Positions 10,038 through 20,406 of a stretch of DNA of 64,000 bases are shown here, in pieces. Below the pieces are notes generated by a model. The model made no database searches, had not been told where the DNA came from, and was given only the letters and a program-made list of their open reading frames with translations. A program made the position numbers and the translations under genes. The DNA is taken from NCBI GenBank assembly GCA_963781635.1, contig CAWAFZ010000020.1:128688-192687 (forward strand). Reading direction: 5' to 3'. Numbering within the stretch: position 1 is the stretch's first letter; the number at the start of each line of letters is the position of its first letter. This stretch comes from an uncultured Acidobacteriaceae bacterium (GTDB taxonomy: Bacteria; Acidobacteriota; Terriglobia; Terriglobales; Acidobacteriaceae).

Positions 10038-10801
10038 AGGCAGTGATCCTCGCCGGCGGCCTGGGCACACGAATCAGCGAAGAAAGCCATCTGCGTCCGA
10101 AGCCCATGATCGAAATTGGAGGCCGGCCGATTCTCTGGCACCTGATGAAGATTTACTCCGCCAGCGGCGTGCACGACTTTGTGATCTGCTGCGGCTACAT
10201 GGGCTACATGATCAAAAGCTACTTCGCGAATTATTTCCTGCATGTCTCCGACGTAACCTTTGACATCGCGAACAATCGCATGGAAGTGCTGCAGAATGGC
10301 GCGGAGCCGTGGCGGGTAACGCTGGTCGACACGGGCAACGAAACCATGACCGGAGGCCGGCTGAAGCGGGTGCGCCAGTATCTGGACGAAGAAGATTTTT
10401 TCTTCACCTACGGCGACGGCCTGGCCAATATCAATCTGCAATGCCTGCTCGAATTTCACCGGCAACAGAAAGTGCTGGCGACGGTCACCTCGGTGCAGCC
10501 CCCGGGCCGCTTCGGAGCGCTGGTGACGAATGGCAGCAAGGTTCTGAGTTTTAAAGAAAAACCCGAGGGCGGCGGCGCGATCAACGGCGGCTTCTTCGTG
10601 CTATCTCCTGCAGTGATCGACTACATCGAAGGCGAACGCACGGTTTGGGAAGGCGAACCTCTCGAGCGTCTGGCCAGCGAGGGCCAGCTGGCAGCGTATA
10701 CCCACTCTGGTTTCTGGCATCCCATGGATACCTTGCGGGATAAAAATCAGCTCGAGGCGCTGTGGAACTCGGGCCAGGCTCCGTGGAAGGTCTGGCATTG
10801 A
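10034..10801 (+). CDS. rfbF: Glucose-1-phosphate cytidylyltransferase
   Basis: [53 protein letters not shown] is the characteristic RfbF sequence pattern. ATGA start/stop overlap with the upstream gene. Confidence 0.9.
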   Translation: [255 protein letters not shown]

Positions 10802-10854
10802 CCTCGAAAACTCTCGCCCGCAGAGAACCAGCTGCGCTCTCCGCTCAAGGGAAC

Positions 10855-11457
10855 TTGGACCGGGAGGTAAATCGGCCTTCCACCCGAGAACAAGAGCTCC
10901 CGAATCCGGGCACGCGCATCGAGCCGCTCAAATTTCCCGGCATGTTCAAAATCATCCTGCAGCCGCAGCCGGACGAACGTGGATACTTCCTTCGCGTCTT
11001 CGATAAAGCCATCTTCGAGGCTCATGGCTTGTGTGCGGAGTGGGCTCAAGAGAATCAGTCCTACTCGTTGCCGAACGTGGTGCGGGGACTGCACTTTCAA
11101 AGGCCGCCCTACGCCGAGGTCAAGCTGGTGCGGGTGCTGGTGGGATCGATGGTTGATTTCTTCGTCGATCTTCGGCGCAGCTCGCCCACCTACGGGCAAT
11201 GGGATTCGATTGAATTGACTGCAGAAAGCCACACCGCCGTGTACATTCCCCGGGGCCTGGCTCACGGTTTTTGCGCTTCCGGTGTCGACGCCGTGGTCGA
11301 CTACAAAATCGATTTGCCTTATGTGCCAGCGGCTGCGGGCGGATTGCTCTGGAGCGATCCGGAGCTGAACCTCCCCTGGCCGGTCGAAAACCCAATCGTC
11401 TCCGAGCGGGACCGCGGCTGGCCGGGTTTGCGGGACTTCGTCAGCCCATTCGAGTGA
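10855..11457 (+). CDS. NDP-4-keto-6-deoxyhexose 3,5-epimerase-like cupin (RmlC family)
   Basis: Motifs ERGYFLRVF, VRGLHFQ and PRGLAHGF. The TTG at 10855 is proposed as the start and the ATG at 10942 is the alternative. Confidence 0.7.
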   Translation: MDREVNRPSTREQELPNPGTRIEPLKFPGMFKIILQPQPDERGYFLRVFDKAIFEAHGLCAEWAQENQSYSLPNVVRGLHFQRPPYAEVKLVRVLVGSMVDFFVDLRRSSPTYGQWDSIELTAESHTAVYIPRGLAHGFCASGVDAVVDYKIDLPYVPAAAGGLLWSDPELNLPWPVENPIVSERDRGWPGLRDFVSPFE

Positions 11458-11517
11458 GCGGGGCCGCGCTTTCCATCCAAACTTCGGATCACCCGCGATG
11501 ATTTTGCGAGGACGCCA

Positions 11518-12570
11518 ATGAAAGTGCTTCTGACCGGCCATAAAGGCTATATCGGAGCGGTGGGCGCGGCGTTGCTGCGCGCCGCCGGCCATGAAGTCAT
11601 CGGCCTCGACGTCGACCTGTTTGCGGGCTGCGATTTTGCCGAACCGGCCGGGCAAATTCCGGAGATAAAGAAAGATATCCGCGATGTCACCCGGAACGAT
11701 CTGTTGGGCTTCGATGCCGTGGTGCACCTGGCCGCTCTGTCGAACGACCTGCTGGGCGATCTCGATCCCGACCTCACCTACGAGATCAACCATCGCGCCT
11801 CGGTTTGGCTGGCAGAGGTGGCCAAGGCCGCGGGCGTAGGGCGCTTCGTGCTGTCTTCTTCCTGTAGCACCTACGGCGCCGCGGGCGACGCCTTCCACGA
11901 CGAAACGGCTTCGCTCCACCCGGTGACTCCTTATGCCGAGTCGAAGGTCTGGGCAGAACGCGATATCGGGCTGCTGGCCAATAGCAAATTCAGCCCAACA
12001 TTTATGCGTAACGCCACCGCCTACGGCGCTTCTCCCCGGCTGCGCCTGGATATCGTTTTAAACGACCTCGTGGCCTCGGCGTCGGCCACCGGCCGGGTCC
12101 ACATCAAGAGCGATGGCACGCCCTGGCGTCCGATCATTCACATCCGGGACATCATGGCGGCGGCGCTGGCGGCTCTCGAAGCCCCGCGGGAAGCCATCCA
12201 TAACCAGATCTTCAACGTGGGCCTGACGGAGGAGAACTATCGCATCCGCGATCTGGCCGAAATAGTCCAGGGGATCGTCCCCGGCTGCCGGGTCGAGTAC
12301 GCTGCCGATGGCGGCCCCGACCCGCGCTGCTACCGCATCAATTGCGACAAGATTCGCCGGCTGCTGCGCGGCTTCCGCCCGCAGTGGACCGCCCGCAAAG
12401 GCGCTCAGGAACTCTACGACGCCTATCGCGCCGCAGGTCTGGGCGCCGATGATATCGAGGGCGGCCGCTATGTCCGCATCCGCCACGTACGGCGCTTGCT
12501 CGAGGCCGGGCAACTGGACGGGCGGCTGCGTTGGCTGCCAAAAGCCGCCTCGGCAGCCTGCACAGCTTGA
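11518..12570 (+). CDS. NAD-dependent epimerase/dehydratase (extended SDR)
   Basis: Rossmann motif [13 protein letters not shown] and a YAESK catalytic Y-x3-K. The GH-G--G form of the glycine motif loosely recalls CDP-glucose 4,6-dehydratases, but that is not proven. Confidence 0.75.
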   Translation: MKVLLTGHKGYIGAVGAALLRAAGHEVIGLDVDLFAGCDFAEPAGQIPEIKKDIRDVTRNDLLGFDAVVHLAALSNDLLGDLDPDLTYEINHRASVWLAEVAKAAGVGRFVLSSSCSTYGAAGDAFHDETASLHPVTPYAESKVWAERDIGLLANSKFSPTFMRNATAYGASPRLRLDIVLNDLVASASATGRVHIKSDGTPWRPIIHIRDIMAAALAALEAPREAIHNQIFNVGLTEENYRIRDLAEIVQGIVPGCRVEYAADGGPDPRCYRINCDKIRRLLRGFRPQWTARKGAQELYDAYRAAGLGADDIEGGRYVRIRHVRRLLEAGQLDGRLRWLPKAASAACTA

Positions 12571-12645
12571 TCGGGATCAGATAGCACTCGCGAAAAAAGT
12601 CGCAAGCCATAAAAAAGAAAGACTAATACTGAAGAGGCTCGATGT

Positions 12646-13956
12646 ATGTCGTCCAGCGATACCCAAACCACCATGTTGCAGGCCCCAGGAACCTATTTCG
12701 CTGCTCCCGAAAGCGTAGCCTCGGGCATTCTTGCTTTTGCCTGCCGCTCCTGCGGCAAACGGAATTTAGAGTCCATACTGTGCCTGGGGCGAATGCCTCT
12801 GGCCAACGCGTATTTGTATCCGGAAGAGGCGCAAGGGCAGGCACAACTTTATCCCCTCGATGTGGCCTTTTGCCATGATTGTTCGCTGGTGCAAATCACG
12901 GAAACGGTTGCTCCTGATGTTCTCTTCGGCGACTACCTTTATTTCTCTTCTTATTCGGAAACGGTGGTGAACAACGCGCGCGAAATCAGCCAGAGAATGA
13001 TCGCCTCGCGGCGCCTGGAGGGCACGAGTCTGGTAGCGGAAGTTGCCAGCAATGACGGCTACCTTCTGCAGTTTTATCGGCAGGCTGGAATTCCGGTGTT
13101 GGGCATCGAGCCTGCAGCCAATGTGGCCGAGGTGGCGATTCGCGAGCGAGGCGTGCCCACGCTCTGCGAATTTTTTGGCGCGGCGCTGGCGCAGAGGCTG
13201 CGCCATAAAGGCCAGCAAGTGGACGTGCTGCACGGCAACAACGTTCTGGCCCACGTGGCCGACTTGAATGGCGTAGCCGATGGAATCCGGCTGTTGCTAA
13301 AAGACAACGGAATCGCGGTGCTCGAAGTTCCCTACGTAAAAGAGATGATCGACCGCTGCGAGTTTGACACCATTTACCACGAGCACCTGTGCTACTTCTC
13401 GCTGACCGCGCTCGATCTCCTGTTCCAGCGCCACGGGCTAGTAGTCGCCGACGTGGAGCTTCTGGAAATTCATGGCGGCTCGCTGCGTCTGTTCGTGTCC
13501 CCGGCGGCGGCGGTCTCCAGCCGGCCGCGAGTGGAGACCATGCTGCGGCAGGAAAGAGACTGGGGCGTCTCCACTGCCGAGTTCTATCGCGGCTTTGCCC
13601 GCAAGGTTGAACTGTTGAAGACATCCCTGCTCGCGATTCTGCGGAAGCTGAAAGCCGAGGGTAAGAGCATTGCCGCCTACGGCGCCGCCGCCAAGGGCAC
13701 CGTGCTGCTGAACTACTGCGGCATTGGCCCCGAGATCCTCGACTTCGTCGCCGATCGCAGTCCGCATAAGCAGGGACGGCTCATGCCCGGAGTGCGCATT
13801 CCGATCGCAGCTCCGGAGAAGATACTGGCGGCGATGCCGGATTATGTGCTGTTGCTAGCCTGGAATCTGGCGGAAGAGATCATGCACCAGCAAGCCGAGT
13901 ACCGGCAGAGAGAGGGAAAATTCATCCTTCCGTTGCCCGAGCCCGTCACGTGTTGA
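12646..13956 (+). CDS. NDP-hexose C-methyltransferase-like enzyme (Zn-ribbon N-terminus, class I SAM-MTase core, C-methyltransferase C-terminal domain)
   Basis: Four-Cys Zn-ribbon (CRSCG..CLG..CHDCSLVQ), SAM motif VAEVASNDGYLL and a C-terminal Rossmann-like segment (IAAYGAAAKGTVLLNYCG..FVADRSPHKQG), as in TylC3/EvaC-type enzymes. Confidence 0.75.
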   Translation: MSSSDTQTTMLQAPGTYFAAPESVASGILAFACRSCGKRNLESILCLGRMPLANAYLYPEEAQGQAQLYPLDVAFCHDCSLVQITETVAPDVLFGDYLYFSSYSETVVNNAREISQRMIASRRLEGTSLVAEVASNDGYLLQFYRQAGIPVLGIEPAANVAEVAIRERGVPTLCEFFGAALAQRLRHKGQQVDVLHGNNVLAHVADLNGVADGIRLLLKDNGIAVLEVPYVKEMIDRCEFDTIYHEHLCYFSLTALDLLFQRHGLVVADVELLEIHGGSLRLFVSPAAAVSSRPRVETMLRQERDWGVSTAEFYRGFARKVELLKTSLLAILRKLKAEGKSIAAYGAAAKGTVLLNYCGIGPEILDFVADRSPHKQGRLMPGVRIPIAAPEKILAAMPDYVLLLAWNLAEEIMHQQAEYRQREGKFILPLPEPVTC

Positions 13957-14008
13957 CAAATGGTTCAAGCGCGCGAATCCACTTGCGGGTCTCTTTCAAT
14001 TGTCGATC

Positions 14009-14959
14009 ATGCCGAAAGTGTTAATCACCGGGGCGAGTGGATTTATCGGCCGCCACGCTTTGCCGTTGTTGCTCGAAAGAGGTTACGACGTCCACGCCGT
14101 TTCCCGGCGGCCTACGGCGGTGGAGTTGCCGGGCGTCTTCTGGCACGACTGCGACTTGCTCGCGCCGGGCTCTTGCAGAGCGCTCATCGGAAGCCTGCGG
14201 CCAGACTCCTTGCTTCACCTCGCCTGGTATGCGGTGCCGGGTGAATTTTGGGAGGCTCGCGCGAATCTCGATTGGCTCTGCGCCAGCCTTGAAATGTTAC
14301 GTGAATTCACCGACAGTGGAGGCCGGCGCCTGGTTGCCGCCGGCACCTGCGCCGAATACGACTGCTCCGTCGGGCAATGCATCGAGGCAACCACAAGCCT
14401 CCGGCCCACGACTTTGTATGGAACTTCCAAGCATGCTCTCGAAGAGATGATTCGTTTCTGGTCTCGGAATACTCAGCTAAGCTCGGCTTGGGGACGCATC
14501 TTTTATTTATACGGACCACATGAGCATCCCTCTCGCCTGGTGGCCTACGTGGTGCAATCGCTTTTGCAAGGCGAGTCGGCTCTCTGCTCCGAGGGCACGC
14601 AGGTGCGGGATTTCCTGCATGTCGAAGACGCCGCCGCTGCTTTCGTGGCGCTGCTCGATAGCGATGTCGAGGGAGCGGTCAATATCGCATCCGGGATTCC
14701 GGTTACTGTGAGAATCCTGCTTGAGCAGATTGCTGAACAAATCGGGCGCCCGGAGCTACTCCGCTTGGGCGCACGTGACGCCAGCCGGGAAGCGCCCCGG
14801 ATTTGGGCCAGCACTCAGAGATTGAAAGAGGAACTACACTGGTCGCCCCATTACGATCTCACTCATGGCATCGCTCAAACCATCGCATGGTGGCGCAAGC
14901 ATCAGGAAGTTCCGCAACAAGTTCCGCAGCCCTCCGCTTGGTGCGAGACGCATTCATGA
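14009..14959 (+). CDS. NAD-dependent epimerase/reductase (SDR)
   Basis: MPKVLITGASGFIGRH and YGTSK (Y-x3-K). The ATG at 14009 is preferred over the TTG at 14000. Confidence 0.75.
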   Translation: MPKVLITGASGFIGRHALPLLLERGYDVHAVSRRPTAVELPGVFWHDCDLLAPGSCRALIGSLRPDSLLHLAWYAVPGEFWEARANLDWLCASLEMLREFTDSGGRRLVAAGTCAEYDCSVGQCIEATTSLRPTTLYGTSKHALEEMIRFWSRNTQLSSAWGRIFYLYGPHEHPSRLVAYVVQSLLQGESALCSEGTQVRDFLHVEDAAAAFVALLDSDVEGAVNIASGIPVTVRILLEQIAEQIGRPELLRLGARDASREAPRIWASTQRLKEELHWSPHYDLTHGIAQTIAWWRKHQEVPQQVPQPSAWCETHS

Positions 14960-16098
14960 AATTCCCGCAGAGTGTGCGCATCGGCTATGCGCCCTGCAAC
15001 AACTCGCTGGCGGCGCCGGGAGACCGGCGGAGATTCTGTTGCTACGCGGCGAAACGCAATCTTCGTTTTGAGATTGCGCGGCCCGAGCAGGCCTACGATC
15101 TGGTAGTACTGACCCAGCCAGCGGATATCAGTCTCTGGAGCCGGTATCCGCAGGAGCGCGGCAAGCTCATCTTCGATTTCGTCGATTCGTACCTAGCCAT
15201 TCCCAGGCACGATCCGAAGAGCCTCTTGCGGGGCATAGCCAAGTATGCAAGCCGCCAAAACCGGAGGCTGTTGCTGAATTACAAGCGGGGTCTCGAGGCC
15301 ATGTGCCGCCGCGCCGATGCCGTTATCTGCAGCACCGAAAGTCAGAGAGAGCAGATTCTTCCGTTATGTCCCAACGTTCATCGCATTCTGGATTTCCACA
15401 CGAGCGTCGTGCGCGCCACCAAGTCGGACTACGCCGCCGAAGAGGTCTTTCATTTCGTCTGGGAAGGGCAGCCGGGCAATCTCCGGCACCTGCTCGAGAT
15501 CAAAGGCGCTTTGCAGGATCTCGCGCGCATGCGGCCCTTCCGGATCCATGCCATCACCGATCTCGAATACGGCCGCTTCCTCGGCGGCCGCTGGATTCGG
15601 CGCAGCACGGTGGAAGAGGCGCGGCGAATCTCGCCGCAGATTTATCTTTACGCGTGGAACGAGCGGACCTTCTCGAGCATTGCGCGCAGTTGCGATTTAG
15701 CCCTGATCCCGATTCCGCTCGACGATCCTCTGGCCGCCGGAAAGCCCGAGAATCGCCTTCTGCTGTTCTGGAGGATGGGCATACCGGTAGTCGCGTCGGC
15801 AACGGCGGCGCACGTCGCGGCCATGTATGAGACTGGAGTGAGCATGGCCTGCACCACGCAGCCGCAATGGCTCGAGGCGCTGCAATATTACACATCGAAC
15901 GAGCCGGCCCGAAGGCATGCAGGTCGGCGGGGGATGGCTTTCGCGGCCGAGCGGCATAGCGAGAAACATACGCTGGAACTGTGGGATCAAGTGTTCGATT
16001 CGGTTCTCAGCCAAGAGCCGGACAACACTCGGATATCCGACTCCTTATCTCAGGTCGGCGCTTCATCTGCGGACGGCACTTCGAGCGCACGCTTTTAA
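14956..16098 (+). CDS. Hypothetical protein, possibly a GT-B-like glycosyltransferase
   Basis: ATGA overlap with the upstream stop (start MKFPQSVRIGYAPCN). The C-terminal half (HFVWEGQPGN..IPIPLDDPLAAGKPENRLLLFWRMGIPVVAS) loosely resembles GT-B nucleotide-sugar binding halves. Confidence 0.4.
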   Translation: MKFPQSVRIGYAPCNNSLAAPGDRRRFCCYAAKRNLRFEIARPEQAYDLVVLTQPADISLWSRYPQERGKLIFDFVDSYLAIPRHDPKSLLRGIAKYASRQNRRLLLNYKRGLEAMCRRADAVICSTESQREQILPLCPNVHRILDFHTSVVRATKSDYAAEEVFHFVWEGQPGNLRHLLEIKGALQDLARMRPFRIHAITDLEYGRFLGGRWIRRSTVEEARRISPQIYLYAWNERTFSSIARSCDLALIPIPLDDPLAAGKPENRLLLFWRMGIPVVASATAAHVAAMYETGVSMACTTQPQWLEALQYYTSNEPARRHAGRRGMAFAAERHSEKHTLELWDQVFDSVLSQEPDNTRISDSLSQVGASSADGTSSARF

Positions 16099-17625
16099 TT
16101 GAAGCGCGCAAACCTAGAACTCCCAAACTTGACTCCAGTTGCCCTATGCAGAAGCGATCGTGCGCACTATGCCACTGCGTCACCGTTTCATCCCGACTCC
16201 GAATTCCCAGAGCTGGTGCATGCCGAAATTCGCGCGAGCGGCAAATCGAACCCCGCCTATCGCGCGGTTCGAGAGACGCTGGCTCTGCTCGGATTAGATA
16301 AAGATAATTTCGGCACGCCGCAGTGGAATCCGCTACGCACTTATATCCGGCGCGGCGACAAAGTTGTGCTGAAGCCCAATCTCGTATTGCACGAATTTGG
16401 TCCGCAGAAAAACGCCAGTTGCCTGACTACGCATGGTTCCGTCATCCGCGCGGTGCTTGATTATGTGTATCTCGCGGCCGGTCCTGAAGGCCGCATCACC
16501 ATCGCGGACGCTCCCCTGCAGGGTGCCGATTTCAGCCGCGTAATGGCTGACGCCGGCCTTCCAGAGATCCAGCAATATTATCGAGACGCGCTGCACTCTG
16601 AAATCGAAGTGCTCGATCTGCGCCAGTTCCACGCGGTGATCGACGAAGATTCTTCGCTGATCCGGCACGTCGAGCGGCTAAGCGGCGATCCCCGCGAATA
16701 CTGCGAAATCGATTTAGGCGAGGCCAGCCGGCTGCATGAAGTCGACGCCGCCCATCCCCGCTACGTTGTCGGAGATTATGACGCTGCTGCGACCAACTTG
16801 AGGCATCGCTGCCCGCGACACTCTTATGTCGTAAGCCGGAGCGTGCTCGAGGCCGATGCGGTGATCTGCCTGCCCAAGCTAAAGACACACAGCAAGACCG
16901 GTTTGACCGTTTGCCTGAAGAACATGGTCGGAATCATCGGCTCCAAAGACTGCCTGCCCCACCATCGTCAGGGTAAAAGCGATCAAAAAGGAGACGAGTT
17001 TGCCGCCGACTATCCGGTGCGCTGGTGGCTGAGCGCGCGAGCCCACGACCGGCTGCAAGGCCGCTTGCCGGTACCGGCATGGAGGTTTCTACGTGGCATG
17101 GCCAAGATCTTTCTGGGCGCGGGAACTCCGCACAACGGAAACGGGCAACGTTCGAGCTTCTATCCTTCGGGCGGCTGGCATGGCAACGATACGATCTGGC
17201 GCACGGTCGATGACCTGAACCGAATTTTGTTCTTCTACGATCTGCATCGGGAAGAAATGCAGACGCAGCCTCAGCGGAAATATTTCGCCATCGTCGATGG
17301 GATCATCTCGATGGAAGGTAATGGACCGCTCCGCGGTACGCCGAAGTCCGCAGGCGTAGTGATGGCGGGCGATGATCCGCTGGTCGTCGATATTGCCGCC
17401 GCTACCCTGATGGGCTTCGACTGGCGGCGCATCCGGATGCTCGATGGCATCGCCCGCTCGAGCCCTTCGTGCCGGTACGCTGCTTCCATAGGAGACGCAG
17501 AGGGCATTCGATTGCTTTCGAATATTCCGGCGTGGAGATCATTAGAAGGTCTCATCGAAAACGCGCTTGCCTTCCATCCCCCGAGTGGATGGCGCGAGTT
17601 TGTGGAAATGCAGCATGTGGAGTGA
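16099..17625 (+). CDS. DUF362-like protein
   Basis: 508 aa. VVLKPNLV and LPKLKTHSKTGLTVCLKNMVG segments match what I remember of DUF362. Uses a non-ATG start. Confidence 0.5.
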   Translation: MKRANLELPNLTPVALCRSDRAHYATASPFHPDSEFPELVHAEIRASGKSNPAYRAVRETLALLGLDKDNFGTPQWNPLRTYIRRGDKVVLKPNLVLHEFGPQKNASCLTTHGSVIRAVLDYVYLAAGPEGRITIADAPLQGADFSRVMADAGLPEIQQYYRDALHSEIEVLDLRQFHAVIDEDSSLIRHVERLSGDPREYCEIDLGEASRLHEVDAAHPRYVVGDYDAAATNLRHRCPRHSYVVSRSVLEADAVICLPKLKTHSKTGLTVCLKNMVGIIGSKDCLPHHRQGKSDQKGDEFAADYPVRWWLSARAHDRLQGRLPVPAWRFLRGMAKIFLGAGTPHNGNGQRSSFYPSGGWHGNDTIWRTVDDLNRILFFYDLHREEMQTQPQRKYFAIVDGIISMEGNGPLRGTPKSAGVVMAGDDPLVVDIAAATLMGFDWRRIRMLDGIARSSPSCRYAASIGDAEGIRLLSNIPAWRSLEGLIENALAFHPPSGWREFVEMQHVE

Positions 17626-19108
17626 AGACATCTACGCCGCTTTACCGGCCGCACTGCAGAATGTTGCCGTCTCTCTGCAGGGGGCGCGGCTGCAGGCAGT
17701 GCGCTACCGCAGCGCGTCGTTCCGGGGGACGGCGCGGGTCCTCGAGCGCAATGAACAGCTCTCGCTCGCGGCCCTGAGAGAACTTCAGTTCGCGGCGTTC
17801 CGCAAGTTGGTGGAACATTGTTTTACCCACTCTCCCTTTTATCGTCGACTGTGGCTCTCGCGGGAGTTGCACCCTGATGACATTCGGAGTTTTGGCGATA
17901 TTAGGCGAATCCCTATCGTCAGCAAGCAGGACTTGCGTGCTCACACCGATGAATTTTTCACAGAGAAAACCCCACGGGGCATGACGACCGTCCACACCAG
18001 CGGCACTAGCGGCTCGCCGCTGACCGTGCGCTTCTCCCCTGAAGACATTGGACGCCGTTATGCTTTTCTCGAACGCTGCCGGCGCTGGGCGGGAGTGCGT
18101 ATTGGACAAAGACGAGCCACCTTTACCGGGCGCAACCTGCTCGGCGAGGGGCAGTCGCGAACGCCTTTCTGGCGCTATAACTGGCCGGGGAAGCAGCTGC
18201 TTTTTTCCTCCTATCACCTAGCGCCGACGAATCTTTCGGCCTACGTGGAGGCTCTCGAAAGCTTCCAGCCTGAAATCATCGACGGATATCCCTCTTCGAT
18301 TCACGCCGTGGCCTATCACATTCTGCGTTCCGGCAGGGTTCATGACATCCACCCCCAAGCGATCTTGGTCTCGGCCGAGACCGTTCTCGCGCATCAGCGC
18401 CAGACGATTGAGACCGCTTTTCAGGCCAAGCTCTACGATCAGTACGCCTCCTCGGAAGGTGCGCCCTTTATCAGCGAATGCCGCAACGGCCGGATGCACG
18501 TTCATCTGGATTCCGGCCTTATCGAAATTCTCGACGCCGAAGGCCAACCCGCGGCACCCGGACAAGCGGGAGAAATGGTGGTGAGCAGTTTCACCACCAG
18601 CGTGGTTCCACTCTTGCGTTTTGCCATCGGAGATACCGCCATCGCCTCCAAAGAAAAAGAAACAGAGGCGTGCCCTTGCGGCCTGCCCTTTCCGACGATC
18701 GAAGCCATCGTCGGGCGCGTAGACGACATATTGTGCACTCCCGACCGGGGGCCGGTCGGACGCCTCGATACCGTCTTCAAAGGTCTCCCCAACAGCATCG
18801 TCGAAGCCCAGATCGTGCAGACTTCAGCGTACGCCATAATTTTGCGCCTGGTTCCGGATCGATCCCGCTACCGCCCGGAACACGCCCGCCAGTTGGTGCG
18901 GCAGATGCGGAGCAAACTGGGGCAAGTTGTCGCGATCGAGATCGAAGAGGTCAGCGAAATTCCCCGGTCGGCGAATGGAAAGATGCGATCGGTCATCAAC
19001 CTCTGCGCTTCGAATCTTGGCGCACCGGCGTTGCCGGTCACAACTCCAGCCGGAGAGATCGCAAAACTGATTTCTGGGGATCGTCATGAGCAGGAAAGCC
19101 TGCGATGA
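17615..19108 (+). CDS. Adenylate-forming enzyme of the phenylacetate-CoA ligase / CapK / F390-synthetase family
   Basis: The ATG at 17615 overlaps the upstream stop by 11 nt. AMP-binding motif HTSGTSGSPLTV and a C-terminal SANGKMRSV lysine motif. Confidence 0.7.
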   Translation: MWSEDIYAALPAALQNVAVSLQGARLQAVRYRSASFRGTARVLERNEQLSLAALRELQFAAFRKLVEHCFTHSPFYRRLWLSRELHPDDIRSFGDIRRIPIVSKQDLRAHTDEFFTEKTPRGMTTVHTSGTSGSPLTVRFSPEDIGRRYAFLERCRRWAGVRIGQRRATFTGRNLLGEGQSRTPFWRYNWPGKQLLFSSYHLAPTNLSAYVEALESFQPEIIDGYPSSIHAVAYHILRSGRVHDIHPQAILVSAETVLAHQRQTIETAFQAKLYDQYASSEGAPFISECRNGRMHVHLDSGLIEILDAEGQPAAPGQAGEMVVSSFTTSVVPLLRFAIGDTAIASKEKETEACPCGLPFPTIEAIVGRVDDILCTPDRGPVGRLDTVFKGLPNSIVEAQIVQTSAYAIILRLVPDRSRYRPEHARQLVRQMRSKLGQVVAIEIEEVSEIPRSANGKMRSVINLCASNLGAPALPVTTPAGEIAKLISGDRHEQESLR

Positions 19109-20406
19109 GGCCATCGCAGATCAGTATTGTCCGAATCATCTGCCGTCTGAACGTGGGCGGTCCAGCCATTCAGGCCATTCTCATGACGGAAGCGTTTCGC
19201 GCCCGAGGTTATGACGCGATGTTGGTAACGGGCGAAGTCGCGGCAGGAGAATCGACGATGGAATACCTTGCGGCGGCGCACCAAGTCGACACACTCGGCA
19301 TTCCGGCCCTGGCTCGTGGCATTTCCTGCTGGAAGGATCTCCTCAGCCTGGGGCAACTGATTCGCGTCTTGCGCCGGCAGAAACCGGCGATCGTGCACAC
19401 GCATACCGCGAAGGCCGGGGCTCTCGGGCGCCTGGCGGCTATCGTGGCCAGCACGCCCATCCGTGTTCATACCTTTCACGGGCACATTTTCAAGGGGTAC
19501 TTCTCGCCGCTGGTGACCCGCGTTTTTCTGATAATCGAGCGTGTCCTGGCGAGTCAGACCGACTGCATCATTGCCATCAGCGAATCGCAACGACGGGAGT
19601 TGACCGAAACCTACCGGATTGCGCCCCCCCACAAAGTCGTGGTTGTTCCGCTTGGGGTCGATCTGGCTCCATTCCTCAAGGCTAAGTCTCCGCATGGAGA
19701 GCTGCGCGCCGCTCTGCAATGCCAGCCCTCAACTCCTGTGGTGGGATGGGTGGGGCGCTTCACTGCCATCAAAGCTCCGGAATTGTTTCTGCACTGTGTT
19801 CCGCTGGTGACCAATATCTTTCCAGCGGCGCGCTTCGTGATGGTGGGGGGAGGTGAATTGAGGGCTGAGTGCGAACAACATATCGCGCGCGAGGGGCTCG
19901 AAAACTATGTGTCGTTACTTGGGTGGCGGCGCAGCCTGCCGCAGATATATGCCGACCTGGATTTGGTCGTTTGCACCTCGATTAGTGAAGGCACCCCCGT
20001 CGCGCTGCTCGAGGCCATGGCTTCGGGCAAGGCAATCGTAAGCACAGACGTCGGAGGCGTACGCGACCTGATGATTGGCGCTCCAGTTCCCTTTGAGGGA
20101 ATGGAAGTGTTCCAAAATGGAATTTTAGTGGGGCGTGATGCCAAGCTCCTGGCCGGCGCCCTCCGGTTTCTTCTGGAGAACCCTGAGCAGCGCCAGGCCA
20201 TGGGTCAAGCCGGACGCGAGTTTGTGCGGGAGAGGTTCTCCCAGCATCGTCTGGCCGATGATCTGGAACACCTTTACGTTTCTTTGGCGCGCTCGAAGGG
20301 TTTGTTGCCCCATGACCCCGCCGCGGGGCGCATCGCGCGTCCAGCGTCCTTGTTTGCCTCATTTGCCCCTTCTCACACGAAGAATTTCGAGAATTTGCCG
20401 AAGTGA
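19105..20406 (+). CDS. Glycosyltransferase family 4 (GT-B, group 1)
   Basis: ATGA overlap with the upstream gene. Sequence includes GGPAIQA..HTHTAKAG and E-x7-E-like EGTPVALLEAMASGKAIVSTDVGG. Confidence 0.8.
   Translation: MRPSQISIVRIICRLNVGGPAIQAILMTEAFRARGYDAMLVTGEVAAGESTMEYLAAAHQVDTLGIPALARGISCWKDLLSLGQLIRVLRRQKPAIVHTHTAKAGALGRLAAIVASTPIRVHTFHGHIFKGYFSPLVTRVFLIIERVLASQTDCIIAISESQRRELTETYRIAPPHKVVVVPLGVDLAPFLKAKSPHGELRAALQCQPSTPVVGWVGRFTAIKAPELFLHCVPLVTNIFPAARFVMVGGGELRAECEQHIAREGLENYVSLLGWRRSLPQIYADLDLVVCTSISEGTPVALLEAMASGKAIVSTDVGGVRDLMIGAPVPFEGMEVFQNGILVGRDAKLLAGALRFLLENPEQRQAMGQAGREFVRERFSQHRLADDLEHLYVSLARSKGLLPHDPAAGRIARPASLFASFAPSHTKNFENLPK

Noticed and set aside
10747-11919. 390-aa minus-strand ORF
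   Set aside because: It lies antisense to the well-supported epimerase and SDR genes. It is rich in Arg/Gly/Ala, as expected for antisense frames in high-GC DNA, and no motif is recognisable.
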